A program made the translations under genes and the position numbers. A stretch of DNA of 64,000 nucleotides from Verrucomicrobiia bacterium (GTDB lineage Bacteria > Verrucomicrobiota > Verrucomicrobiia > Limisphaerales > UBA1319), in NCBI GenBank assembly GCA_963664225.1, contig OY760937.1, forward strand, positions 4,768,001-4,832,000, in the 5' to 3' direction. Below, piece by piece: positions 20,711-29,682 of this stretch. The notes below the pieces were generated by a model, which saw nothing but the letters and a program-made list of their open reading frames with translations, ran no database searches and was not told where the DNA came from. Every line of letters begins with the position of its first letter. The stretch's first letter is position 1.

Positions 20711-21922
20711 ATGAGTTTGGAAGAAGTTTCTCAAGCGGCCGCTTCCCAGGAAGTCGTCGTGGCCGTTCGCGGACTGACGAAGATCTTCAAGGATTTCTGG
20801 GGTCGGCCCAAGGCCCGTGCGGTTGATCAGGTGGACTTTGAAGTGCGTCGGGGCGAGGTTTTCGGGTTGCTGGGTCCGAATGGATCGGGCAAATCGACCA
20901 CGGTAAAACTTTTGCTCGGTTTACTGCATCCCAGCAAGGGGCATATCGAGGTGTTTGGCCATTCGCCGCGGCATGTGGCCACGAAGGCGCGCATCGGTTA
21001 TCTGCCCGAGGAATCTTACTTGTATCGTTATCTGGATTCCAAGGAGACGCTCACTTTCTTTGGCAGCCTTTTTGACATTGCCGATGAGGAGCGTCGCAAG
21101 CGCGCGGAGCAATTGCTGGAGATGGTGGGGCTTAGCCAGGTGCAATCGCGCACGGTCGGAGAGTTTTCCAAGGGCATGCAGCGGCGCATCGGACTGGCGC
21201 AGGCCCTCATCAACGATCCTGACCTCATTATTCTCGATGAGCCGACCTCGGGCCTGGACCCGATTGGTTGCCGCGAGGTCAAGGACCTGATCGTTGCGCT
21301 GGCGCGGCGCGGCAAAACAATCATTTTGAGCAGTCATTTGCTCGCCGATGTCGAGGACGTGTGCGACCGGGTGGTGATTTATTACGGTGGAAAAATCCAG
21401 GCCATGGGGGCCCTGAAGGATTTGCTGGCCACGCCCGATTCCCTGCGCATCACCACGCCCAGCCTGCCACGGGAGACAATGCAGAAGGTGCTGGAAATCA
21501 TCCGACACGATGTGGATGCGGACCGGGTGCGGGTGGATGTGCCGACGCAAAACCTGGAAAGCTATTTTTTAAGCGTGGTGCAAAAAGCCCGCCAGAACGA
21601 ACAGCACACCTCGGGCGCCACATCGGGCAGCCATGTGGCGAATTATCTGGCCGGTCCGGAAACGGCGCCGCAATCGGACAAGATTCTGGAGCGGCTGGCT
21701 GCGCCCGCGCCCTCGGCCCCAGGGCCCGAGCCAGCGCGCGTGGCCACTCCCGCAGCGGGGCCCGCTGTTCAGGTTCAGAAACTGGAGGCATTGGCAAAAA
21801 CGTCCGCGCCCGCGCCTGCAACCCCGCAGTCGGCTCCCCCGAAGCCCGAGGAAAAGACGACACCGTTGGATTTGAAAAAGGCGGATGAAAAACTCGCCTC
21901 TCTTCTGGGTAAACCCAAGTGA
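20711..21922 (+). CDS. ABC transporter ATP-binding protein (PilH/XapD-like) with Pro/Ala-rich C-terminal tail
   Basis: Walker A GPNGSGKST, signature FSKGMQRR, Walker B IILDEPTSGLD and H-loop SSH. Confidence 0.93.
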   Translation: MSLEEVSQAAASQEVVVAVRGLTKIFKDFWGRPKARAVDQVDFEVRRGEVFGLLGPNGSGKSTTVKLLLGLLHPSKGHIEVFGHSPRHVATKARIGYLPEESYLYRYLDSKETLTFFGSLFDIADEERRKRAEQLLEMVGLSQVQSRTVGEFSKGMQRRIGLAQALINDPDLIILDEPTSGLDPIGCREVKDLIVALARRGKTIILSSHLLADVEDVCDRVVIYYGGKIQAMGALKDLLATPDSLRITTPSLPRETMQKVLEIIRHDVDADRVRVDVPTQNLESYFLSVVQKARQNEQHTSGATSGSHVANYLAGPETAPQSDKILERLAAPAPSAPGPEPARVATPAAGPAVQVQKLEALAKTSAPAPATPQSAPPKPEEKTTPLDLKKADEKLASLLGKPK

Positions 21923-22022
21923 ACAGGCGACTCTGGCGCGAATGGCAAACGGACACGGTGAGACCAATTTTTCCAAATCGAATATTCACGGCACGGCCTG
22001 ACCGCCGAAATGCCGCATTGTC

Positions 22023-23414
22023 ATGAAACGTTTGCTGGCCATTGCATTTTTGACCCTGAGAGCGGCGTTCCGCTACCGGCTGGTTCTGGTGCTCCTGACC
22101 TTGTTGCTGGGAATCGTGGTGGCTCTGCCGCTGCTCATCAAAGATGACGGAACGGCGCGCGGTTTCACACAGATTTTGCTCACCTACACACTGTCCGCGA
22201 TCACAGGGTTGCTTGGATTTACCACGTTGTGGCTGGCCTGCGGCACGCTGGCAAGGGAAGTCGAGGAGTGCCAGTTGCAGATGGTGGCGGTCAAACCGGT
22301 GGCTCGCTGGCAAATCTGGATCGGCAAGTGGCTGGGCATTTTGATGCTCGACGCGCTGCTGCTCATTCCTTCGAGCGGGGCCGTTTATGGTCTCCTGGTG
22401 TGGCGTGCGCAACATTTGCCCGAGGCGCAGCAAACCATCCTGCGCAACGAGGTGCTCGTGGCCCGCAGCGGCGTCAAGGAAATGTCCCGGGATTTGAATC
22501 CAGTGATTGAGCAGACCTTCCAGGAATATTTAAAGCAAAACTCCGTCGCCCCGGAGTACCGGCAATCGGTGAAGGATCAGATCCGCGAGCAGGTGAAATC
22601 CGAGTTTCAAATTGTGCGCTCCAGCTATGCCCGCCGCTGGGAAATCGACTTGGGTCCGGCCAAAGCACATCTCAAGGACCAGCCGCTTTTCATTCACACA
22701 AAATTTTCCGTCGCCCAAAAAACAAGCACTCTGGAGGATGAATCCCTCTATCCAACGATCTGGCAGGTTGGGGTTCCTGGCACGACCAATTCCTGGCAAT
22801 TCCGCCGAAAGTTGCCTGCGGATACGATGAACGAGATTCCCATTCCCGCAAATCTCTTCGACGCCAATGGCCGGATCACCATCGAATGCGCCAATGCCGG
22901 GGAAGTGGATTTGCTTTTTTTGCTGGATGATGGATTGGAGGTGCTCTACCGGGACGGCGGGTTCACGGTTAATTTTGCGCGGGGTGTGGCGATCATTTTT
23001 TGCTGGATGGCGCTGCTGGCGGCGATCGGTCTGGCGGCCGCCAGTTTCCTCTCCTTTCCAGTGGCTGCTTTTGTGGCCATGGGAATTCTGGTCGTCGGAT
23101 TTTCCAGCGGCACCATGGCCCAGGTGCTTGAGGAAGGCGGCATTTCGGGGGTCAACCATGAGACCGGACGTGTGGCCTCACCGAGTCTGATCGATATGGT
23201 GGCGGTGCCGATTTTCAGCGGAATGCTCAAGGTGATTAATCTGGTGCAAGGGTTCTCCCCGATCGACAACCTCAGTTCGGGACGGACCATTTCCTGGGGG
23301 CAATTGGGCCTGGCCGTGCTGCAAATCCTGGGGGTGATGGGCGGAATCTTTGGCTGCGTGGGCATCTACCTGTTCACGCGTCGCGAATTGGCCGCCGCCC
23401 AAGGGGGACAATGA
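22023..23414 (+). CDS. Second ABC-2 type permease with a large extracytoplasmic loop
   Basis: REVEECQLQMVAVKPVARWQIWIGKWLG motif, about 190 aa soluble insert and C-terminal FTRRELA. Confidence 0.8.
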   Translation: MKRLLAIAFLTLRAAFRYRLVLVLLTLLLGIVVALPLLIKDDGTARGFTQILLTYTLSAITGLLGFTTLWLACGTLAREVEECQLQMVAVKPVARWQIWIGKWLGILMLDALLLIPSSGAVYGLLVWRAQHLPEAQQTILRNEVLVARSGVKEMSRDLNPVIEQTFQEYLKQNSVAPEYRQSVKDQIREQVKSEFQIVRSSYARRWEIDLGPAKAHLKDQPLFIHTKFSVAQKTSTLEDESLYPTIWQVGVPGTTNSWQFRRKLPADTMNEIPIPANLFDANGRITIECANAGEVDLLFLLDDGLEVLYRDGGFTVNFARGVAIIFCWMALLAAIGLAAASFLSFPVAAFVAMGILVVGFSSGTMAQVLEEGGISGVNHETGRVASPSLIDMVAVPIFSGMLKVINLVQGFSPIDNLSSGRTISWGQLGLAVLQILGVMGGIFGCVGIYLFTRRELAAAQGGQ

Positions 23415-24910
23415 TGCAAACCCGGTATTACAAACCCTTGCTGGTATTTCTGGCTCTGATTCTTCTGCTGGGGGCCTCCTTCGCGCAGAAGTCTCTGAAT
23501 CAGGCGCGCACCGACCTGGGATTGACTCGCGTGGCGCCACTGGATAACGCGCCGCCGGTGCTTGCGTTTACAACGGTGGCCCTGGGCGGCTTCCGGGGTT
23601 TGATCGCAAACGCGCTCTGGGTGCGGGCGATGGACTTGCAGGATAACGGCAAGTATTTCGAGATGGTACAACTGGCGGATTGGATCACAAAACTGCAACC
23701 GCATTTGCCTGCGGTCTGGGTTGTTCAGGCCTGGAATATGGCCTACAATATTTCGATCAAATTCCAGAATCCGCGTGACCGCTGGATCTGGGTGGAACGC
23801 GGCATTTCGCTGCTTCGGGATGACGGTCTGCGGTGGAATCCCCAGGAACCGAGCATTTACCGCGAGCTGGCCTGGTTCTTCCAACACAAAATCGGCCAGA
23901 ATATGGACGAGGCCCACCTCTATTTTAAACAGGCCTGGGCTGAACAAATGATCGCCGTGCTCGGAAACACCAACCGGGTGGATTTTGACGTCCTCATCAA
24001 GCCGCAGACTGCGGACCAGCAGGAACGGGCAAAGGTTTTGCGTGAAAGATACAAAATGGATCCGGTGGTCATGAAGGCTGTGGACGAGCGCTATGGACCG
24101 CTGGATTGGCGGCTGCCGGAGAGCCACGCCATTTATTGGGCCTGGCTGGGCCTGGAAAAGGCGAAGAATGAGGAGCTGATTACCTTGCGCCGGGTCATTT
24201 ATCAATCCATGCAACTGGCCTTTCAACGCGGCCGGCTGGTTACCTCAAAATATGGCAGGGTGTTTTCATTCGGACCGAACCTGGATATTGTGGAGAACGC
24301 AAACCGGGCCTACGAAGACATGATGGATCAGGATGTCGAAAATCGGGATCACATCACGCGGGGGCATCGTAATTTTTTGCGGGATGCCGTATATTTTCTC
24401 TATTCGAACAATCGCATGGCGGAAGCGGCCAAATGGTTTGCTTACCTGGGAAAACAATATCCCAATGACCACCTTTTGGATGGCCAGCTAGGCACCCTAC
24501 CCGGGAAGATATCGCTCGACGATTATGCCTTGAGCCGCATCTCTGAAGATGTGGGCGAAACTTCGGTCGATCGCACCAAGCTGGTTTTGCGGGGCCTTTA
24601 CGTCAACTATTTCAACAGCCTGGCCCTCGGCTTTTCTGATAACGCGGTCAATTATGAGTTCATGGCCCGAAAGATCCACGCGCGTTACGAAAAGAAAATC
24701 GAGGGGCAGGAGCAACGGGTGGGCCTGCCCGGACTCGCCCAGATCAAGAAGGAAGTGTTGGACGACAGGCTGGGTCCTTCCAGCGACTTGCCGCTGCAAA
24801 TCAAGGCGCAGTTGCGCACGGAATTGGTCTTCCGGCGGAATCGAGCACCAACGCCCCGGCGGCCACCGTCATCACCAATACTCCGGCGCAATAATTCCAG
24901 CAATTTTTGA
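23411..24910 (+). CDS. Membrane-anchored helical-repeat protein, PilG/XapA-like (true stop probably 24894 after a 1-bp deletion near 24826)
   Basis: N-terminal TM/signal; LGGFRGLIANALWVRA...ITKLQP...AWNMAYN...GLRWNP...YRELAW motifs; ATGA overlap with the permease. The family resemblance is from memory. Confidence 0.65.
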   Translation: MMQTRYYKPLLVFLALILLLGASFAQKSLNQARTDLGLTRVAPLDNAPPVLAFTTVALGGFRGLIANALWVRAMDLQDNGKYFEMVQLADWITKLQPHLPAVWVVQAWNMAYNISIKFQNPRDRWIWVERGISLLRDDGLRWNPQEPSIYRELAWFFQHKIGQNMDEAHLYFKQAWAEQMIAVLGNTNRVDFDVLIKPQTADQQERAKVLRERYKMDPVVMKAVDERYGPLDWRLPESHAIYWAWLGLEKAKNEELITLRRVIYQSMQLAFQRGRLVTSKYGRVFSFGPNLDIVENANRAYEDMMDQDVENRDHITRGHRNFLRDAVYFLYSNNRMAEAAKWFAYLGKQYPNDHLLDGQLGTLPGKISLDDYALSRISEDVGETSVDRTKLVLRGLYVNYFNSLALGFSDNAVNYEFMARKIHARYEKKIEGQEQRVGLPGLAQIKKEVLDDRLGPSSDLPLQIKAQLRTELVFRRNRAPTPRRPPSSPILRRNNSSNF

Positions 24911-24995
24911 ACGCAAGTTTCAGATTGATGGAAACGTATCCTGCCTCTAGTCTCCCTCCATCTCGGGCGCTGAATAGAGCTGTCCCGTGCGCCTG

Positions 24996-25571
24996 ATGGC
25001 CAGACAAGATAAAAGTTCGACAGCGTTGTTTTTGAAGGAATTGGTGCTTCGCCCCCGCCAGTTGGGGGCTATTGCCCCCAGTTCCCGCTTTTTGGCTCAT
25101 GCCATGGCCCAATGGATCGTGCCCCAATCGGACGGTTATGTGCTTGAGTTGGGGCCGGGCACGGGCGCCGTCACTGAAGTGCTTTTGGAGCATGGGTTGC
25201 CCCAAAACCGGTTGATCGCGGTGGAAAAGTCCCCCATTTTAGCGGCACATTTGCGTGAGCGCTATCCCCAGGCAACGATCATTCATGGGGACGCCATGCA
25301 TTTGGAAGCCCTTCTCAAAGAGCATATGCCAAATGCTCTGCCGCTGCGTGTGGTTATTTCCAGTCTGCCTTTGTTGAATTTCCCGGCGGATTGCGCCGAG
25401 GCGATCACTTGCGGGATTCTGGCGGTTCTGGGCGTGAAAGGGCGATTGGTGCAGTTCAGCTACCAGATACTTCGAACGAATCCCAAACTTCTCCGGGCGT
25501 TTCACTTGGTGAACACCCGGGTGGTGTGGCGCAACCTGCCCCCCGCGCGGGTTAGTGTTTACGAGAAATAA
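24996..25571 (+). CDS. Class I SAM-dependent methyltransferase, phospholipid N-methyltransferase (PmtA)-like
   Basis: GAIAPSSRFLA, VLELGPGTGAVT, ISSLPLL, VQFSY and WRNLPPARV motifs. Confidence 0.85.
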   Translation: MARQDKSSTALFLKELVLRPRQLGAIAPSSRFLAHAMAQWIVPQSDGYVLELGPGTGAVTEVLLEHGLPQNRLIAVEKSPILAAHLRERYPQATIIHGDAMHLEALLKEHMPNALPLRVVISSLPLLNFPADCAEAITCGILAVLGVKGRLVQFSYQILRTNPKLLRAFHLVNTRVVWRNLPPARVSVYEK

Positions 25572-25611
25572 CCCCGGTTTCTCGATGGGCAATGGAGCAA
25601 TGGACCCGTGC

Positions 25612-25644
25612 CAGCCGCAAACCATCCCCGGCGGCTTGCGGCTG
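25612..25644. terminator. Hairpin between convergent genes (possible terminator)
   Basis: CAGCCGCAA / TTGCGGCTG 9-bp stem with a 15-nt loop; no clear U-tract. Confidence 0.3.
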
Positions 25645-25654
25645 TTCGAGAAGG

Positions 25655-26260
25655 TCAACGCTTCTGGATGGGTATGAACTTGAACTTTTGTCCGCCCACG
25701 CTCGCCTCATACATCAAACCGCCCCGGGGCATGGTGAAAATCGCAATGCCTTGATCGTATTTCGCATTTGTTGCGCATCCCTCTGCCGCAGCCACTGCGG
25801 TGGCCTGGGCGCTGACGGCGTAACGACTGGCTTTGAAACCGTTGAGTGCCAGCTCGGTGTCGAAGAACACGACCTCGGAATAGACCTGGCCGCCCATTTG
25901 CAGTCCGATGGTCACTTGCGTGAGGGTGGCGGTGCCGATCAAAACTCCCTTTACATAAACCTCGCCATCGCCGTGCGCGGCGCCAATGCCCAAACCGCCT
26001 TTGGCAACGGATGGGAAAACCACGTAACCGAGGGAGCTGTCGAATAAACGTGTGAAGGCCGGATCCTGTTTTTTGAACAAGGCGATGGCATCCACCACGT
26101 TTGCATGAAGCTCATTGGCATTGGCCTGGGCGCGCGCCCGGGCGGGTCCGGCAACACACAATAGGCAGGCAATAATCGCGAAAAGGGTGGCGCGCAGCCG
26201 GAGTTGCATCGCGGGCAGGAAGGGCGAATCGGGTGTGTTTGAACTCATGCTTTTATTCAT
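25655..26260 (-). CDS. SYLF/Ysc84-like lipid-binding domain protein, exported (start uncertain)
   Basis: Signal peptide; VFPSVAKGGLGIGAAHGDG, IGLQMGGQ and GGLMYEASVGGQKF motifs. Confidence 0.85.
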   Translation of the reverse strand: MNKSMSSNTPDSPFLPAMQLRLRATLFAIIACLLCVAGPARARAQANANELHANVVDAIALFKKQDPAFTRLFDSSLGYVVFPSVAKGGLGIGAAHGDGEVYVKGVLIGTATLTQVTIGLQMGGQVYSEVVFFDTELALNGFKASRYAVSAQATAVAAAEGCATNAKYDQGIAIFTMPRGGLMYEASVGGQKFKFIPIQKR

Positions 26261-26316
26261 TACACCAAACTAACAGGTTGCGCTGTCTAAGCAAGTCAGG
26301 GCCGCGCGGTGGTCGA

Positions 26317-26790
26317 TCACTTAATAGGCGAACTTCCGATCGGTGTGAAATTGCCCTCCTCACAGCAGCGAACGAAGCCTTCCGTCACGGATTTGAGTTC
26401 CTCCCATCGAGCGCGGATCGCGTGCGCCTCTGTTTTTGTGATATGGCTGTCGGCGGCGGCATTGGCCACCACTTCCAAAAGGTCCGCAAATTCCTGAATG
26501 ATCTCGTTGGTGGCCGGGATCAGAAAATGGGAGTGGGAATGGGTCTTTTTGGGATTGCGTATGAAAAAGCCGCCTGACTTTTCGCAAAGCCATTGGACGG
26601 GCCGGGTATCGCCGCTTAATTGGACGAGCTTATCCACACGGTCAAGCGGGTTTGAAGAACCGCTTCCAGCGCCTTCGCCCGGCGGCTCGGACCATTTGTA
26701 GAGCATGGACAGGGAGAGGCCCAATTGCCCGGCGGCCTCCTTCAAATTGGTTTTCTGAAAAACCTCGCGTAAAAGCTGATGGGATTCCAT
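26317..26790 (-). CDS. Phage CII-like (CP76 family) HTH regulator
   Basis: N-terminal HTH (KEAAGQLGLSLSMLYKW), NPLDR, and C-terminal AAADSHITKTEA helix pattern. Confidence 0.6.
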   Translation of the reverse strand: MESHQLLREVFQKTNLKEAAGQLGLSLSMLYKWSEPPGEGAGSGSSNPLDRVDKLVQLSGDTRPVQWLCEKSGGFFIRNPKKTHSHSHFLIPATNEIIQEFADLLEVVANAAADSHITKTEAHAIRARWEELKSVTEGFVRCCEEGNFTPIGSSPIK

Positions 26791-26906
26791 GTGGGGCGAG
26801 GTTAGGGGGCGAAAGCTGAAAACTCAATCCGAAAAGGAGCAGGCGGGATGTGGCGATTTGGCGTACTGCTCTTGCGAATCCAATTCCAGTCTGATATTCC
26901 ATCCGC

Positions 26907-27833
26907 ATGGCAGTTAAAAAAATGGGAAAAGTATCCGCCTCTCCCCGGGAATTTGACTTGGCGGCGTATCTGGCTGGATGCACCTCGGCGGTCAACCGGG
27001 CTTTGGACTTTTACATCCCGCGCGCCTCGGTCAAGCCTCCGACCATTCACAAGGCCATGCGCTATTCGCTCAACGCGGGCGGCAAGCGCATTCGCCCCGC
27101 GCTGGTTTTTGCCTCGGCGGAGGCTTGCGGCGGAGGCAGAGATGCCGCTCTGCCAATGGCTTGTGCCGTGGAGTGCATTCACACCTATTCGTTGATTCAT
27201 GATGATCTGCCAGCCATGGACAACGATGATTTCCGCAGAGGCAAGCCGACCAGTCATAAAGTGTTTGGCGAAGGCATTGCCATTCTGGCGGGAGACGCTT
27301 TGCTGACGCAGGCGTTTGAGATTCTGGCACAGGCCAGGGCAACCGCAAGTTACAATCACGGCGCCATGGTGCTGGAGTTGGCCCGTGGAGCGGGTTCGCG
27401 GCAACTTATAGCCGGGCAGGTGGCGGATTTGGAGGGCGAAGGCAAAAAAACATCCCGGGCACAACTGCAATACATCCATGAGTGCAAGACATCGGCGTTG
27501 CTGACAACCGCCTGTCGTCTGGGCGCCATGAGCGCGAATGCCACCACTAACCAACTCAAGGCGCTCTCTGAGTTTGGCCGCCATGTTGGACTGGCATTTC
27601 AGGTGATCGACGACATTCTCGATGTCACTCAAACCTCCGAGGCGCTCGGTAAAACCGCAGGCAAAGACGTGGCGGCGCAAAAGGCCACATATCCCTCAAT
27701 TGTGGGATTGGAAAAAGCGAGGCATATCGCGCGTGAATTGACGGATAAGGCATTCATGGCGCTCAAACCATTTGGCAAAAGTGCTACGGCGCTTGAAGGC
27801 ATTGCGACCCATCTGCTCCAACGACAAAAATGA
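26907..27833 (+). CDS. ispA: Farnesyl/geranylgeranyl diphosphate synthase
   Basis: GGKRIRP, FARM HDDLPAMDNDDFRRGKPT, KT, SARM FQVIDDILD and KATYP. Confidence 0.95.
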   Translation: MAVKKMGKVSASPREFDLAAYLAGCTSAVNRALDFYIPRASVKPPTIHKAMRYSLNAGGKRIRPALVFASAEACGGGRDAALPMACAVECIHTYSLIHDDLPAMDNDDFRRGKPTSHKVFGEGIAILAGDALLTQAFEILAQARATASYNHGAMVLELARGAGSRQLIAGQVADLEGEGKKTSRAQLQYIHECKTSALLTTACRLGAMSANATTNQLKALSEFGRHVGLAFQVIDDILDVTQTSEALGKTAGKDVAAQKATYPSIVGLEKARHIARELTDKAFMALKPFGKSATALEGIATHLLQRQK

Positions 27834-28165
27834 ACGATCAACCGGCTCCCAATCGGACTCCTGCTGATGTCACCAAGGGTGTGTTGTGCGCCAAATGCGA
27901 TCATTTGAATCCCGGTGGCAGCACCACTTGCGAGTATTGTCGATCCGCCTTGTTTGAACATTGCCGACATTGCGGCAAGACGGTGCGTCGGACGGCACAT
28001 CGCTGCGAATTCTGCGGCCATCATACGCGGCCAAAAGCGAGACGGCATTCCCGGCTCTGGCGGCTGGCTTTTACCGGATGGCGGCGCATCACCTTGTGGC
28101 AGGTGGCTCTTCTGGTTGTGGCGGTTTATGGCGCCTACAAAGTTGTTCTGATCTTCACGCAATAG
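27830..28165 (+). CDS. Double zinc-ribbon protein with C-terminal TM helix
   Basis: Four CxxC motifs (CAKC, CEYC, CRHC, CEFC), hydrophobic C-terminus and ATGA overlap with ispA. Confidence 0.7.
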   Translation: MNDQPAPNRTPADVTKGVLCAKCDHLNPGGSTTCEYCRSALFEHCRHCGKTVRRTAHRCEFCGHHTRPKARRHSRLWRLAFTGWRRITLWQVALLVVAVYGAYKVVLIFTQ

Positions 28166-28187
28166 AAGGGCAGAAGATGAAATCCGG

Positions 28188-28222
28188 AAGGCTGGAGCAT
28201 CAAGCGTTGCTCCGGCTTTTAT
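28188..28222 (+). terminator. Intrinsic terminator after ispA and the zinc-ribbon gene
   Basis: GCTGGAGCA...TGCTCCGGC stem followed by TTTT, between convergent genes. Confidence 0.55.
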
Positions 28223-28223
28223 G

Positions 28224-29627
28224 TTATTTGGCGCCGCTTCCCCAAACGACGGCGGGGATGGTGCGAAGGAGGATTTTGCAGTCCAGCCAGATGGACCAAT
28301 TGTCGATGTATTCCAGATCGAGCCGCACCCATTCCTTGAAATCAGTCACTTCGTTGCGTCCGCTGACCTGCCACAGGCAGGTTAATCCGGGTTTGACACT
28401 CAGACGGCGCCGGTGGGCGATGTCGTCAAAACGCTTGGTTTCATCGACGGGCAGGGGACGCGGTCCCACCAGGCTCATCTCGCCGCGCAACACGTTGATT
28501 AACTGTGGAAGTTCATCGATGCTGAAGCGGCGCAGGATCCGGCCAACAGGCGTGATGCGCGGGTCGTGAGTGATTTTGAAGACCGGTCCGGACATTTCAT
28601 TCATGGCCTCCAGCTCGTGTTTGCGCTGGTCGGCATCGGTGCCCATGGAACGGAACTTATACATCTGGAAAGGTTTGCCGTTTAATCCGCTGCGCTGTTG
28701 TTTGAAGAAAATGGGGCCGGGCGAGGTGAGCTTGATCGCGATGGCTGCGATGATAAAGAAGACGGATGTCGCTGCCAGGAGACACAAGGCGCCAATCAAA
28801 TCCAGAATATGTTTGGCCACCGCTTCCCAGGATTCCTCAGGTGTGGAGCGAAATACCAGCATGGGCCGGTTGGCAAAATCATCGAGTGTGGTGCGGGAAA
28901 TCTGGGTTTTAAAAAAATCCGCCAGAAGCCAGGCCTCCACGCCCTCAAGTTCGCACAACTGAATGGCTTTTTCGATCTGGCCGAAATAAGCATGCCGGGC
29001 GTTGAGAATGACGCCGTTGGCCGAGTGCACATGGAGCAATTCGGGCAGTTTTTCGATGGGTTCGTGGTTGATATCCAACTGGTCCAGAATTTGGAGCCTC
29101 CATGGGGATTGCGCGCGGAGTTCTTCTTTTAGCCGCGTATTATCGCTGGAACTGCCCACCAGAATAAAGCGGCGCTGGACTTGGGATTTTCCCCAATCGC
29201 TTTGCAGCCACCAACGGATGATTTGCTCCTCGAGCAGGATCAATCCCGCGCTGATCAGGCCGGACAGTATGATGACCGAACGGGCCACTCCCTGCTCGCG
29301 CACCAGAAATAATCCCAAAACCATCGCCACCGTTGTCAATGTGCTCGCTTTGAATACTTGCCAGGCGCAGGCGCGGCGCGAGGAAAGTGCGGGCCGGGAA
29401 TAAAAGCCATGCCAGCCGAGTGACACCGGTCCCGCCAGCATGATGATGGGAAACAGCCAATAATAGCCGTTTATCGGAGATATGACATCCGCGCCGCCGA
29501 AGATGCGAAAGATCGGGAGGTTCCAATGCGAACGCAGGAAATGAGCCAGCCATAAGGCTGCGGCAAATAGGATGGCATCCGTCAATCGGCGGATTTGCGC
29601 GTAAACTTGTTTGCGTTGGCTCAGCAT
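28224..29627 (-). CDS. Polyprenyl-phosphate glycosylphosphotransferase (priming sugar transferase, WcaJ/WbaP family)
   Basis: N-terminal TMs; KFRSM, DPRITPVGRILRRFSIDELPQLINVLRGEMSLVGPRP and KPGLTCLWQVSGR motifs. Confidence 0.93.
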   Translation of the reverse strand: MLSQRKQVYAQIRRLTDAILFAAALWLAHFLRSHWNLPIFRIFGGADVISPINGYYWLFPIIMLAGPVSLGWHGFYSRPALSSRRACAWQVFKASTLTTVAMVLGLFLVREQGVARSVIILSGLISAGLILLEEQIIRWWLQSDWGKSQVQRRFILVGSSSDNTRLKEELRAQSPWRLQILDQLDINHEPIEKLPELLHVHSANGVILNARHAYFGQIEKAIQLCELEGVEAWLLADFFKTQISRTTLDDFANRPMLVFRSTPEESWEAVAKHILDLIGALCLLAATSVFFIIAAIAIKLTSPGPIFFKQQRSGLNGKPFQMYKFRSMGTDADQRKHELEAMNEMSGPVFKITHDPRITPVGRILRRFSIDELPQLINVLRGEMSLVGPRPLPVDETKRFDDIAHRRRLSVKPGLTCLWQVSGRNEVTDFKEWVRLDLEYIDNWSIWLDCKILLRTIPAVVWGSGAK

Positions 29628-29682
29628 TCCAGATTCCCAGTTTGCCAATTAAAAAGGAGAAACAGGCCTCTCGCAAGTCTAT

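Noticed and set aside
21923..22022. Sigma54-like TGGC...GC elements (also near 32662 and 59340)
   Set aside because: GG-to-GC spacing is 8-9 nt, not the required 10.
26317..26790. Prophage remnant
   Set aside because: Only one CII-like gene; the flanks are housekeeping genes.
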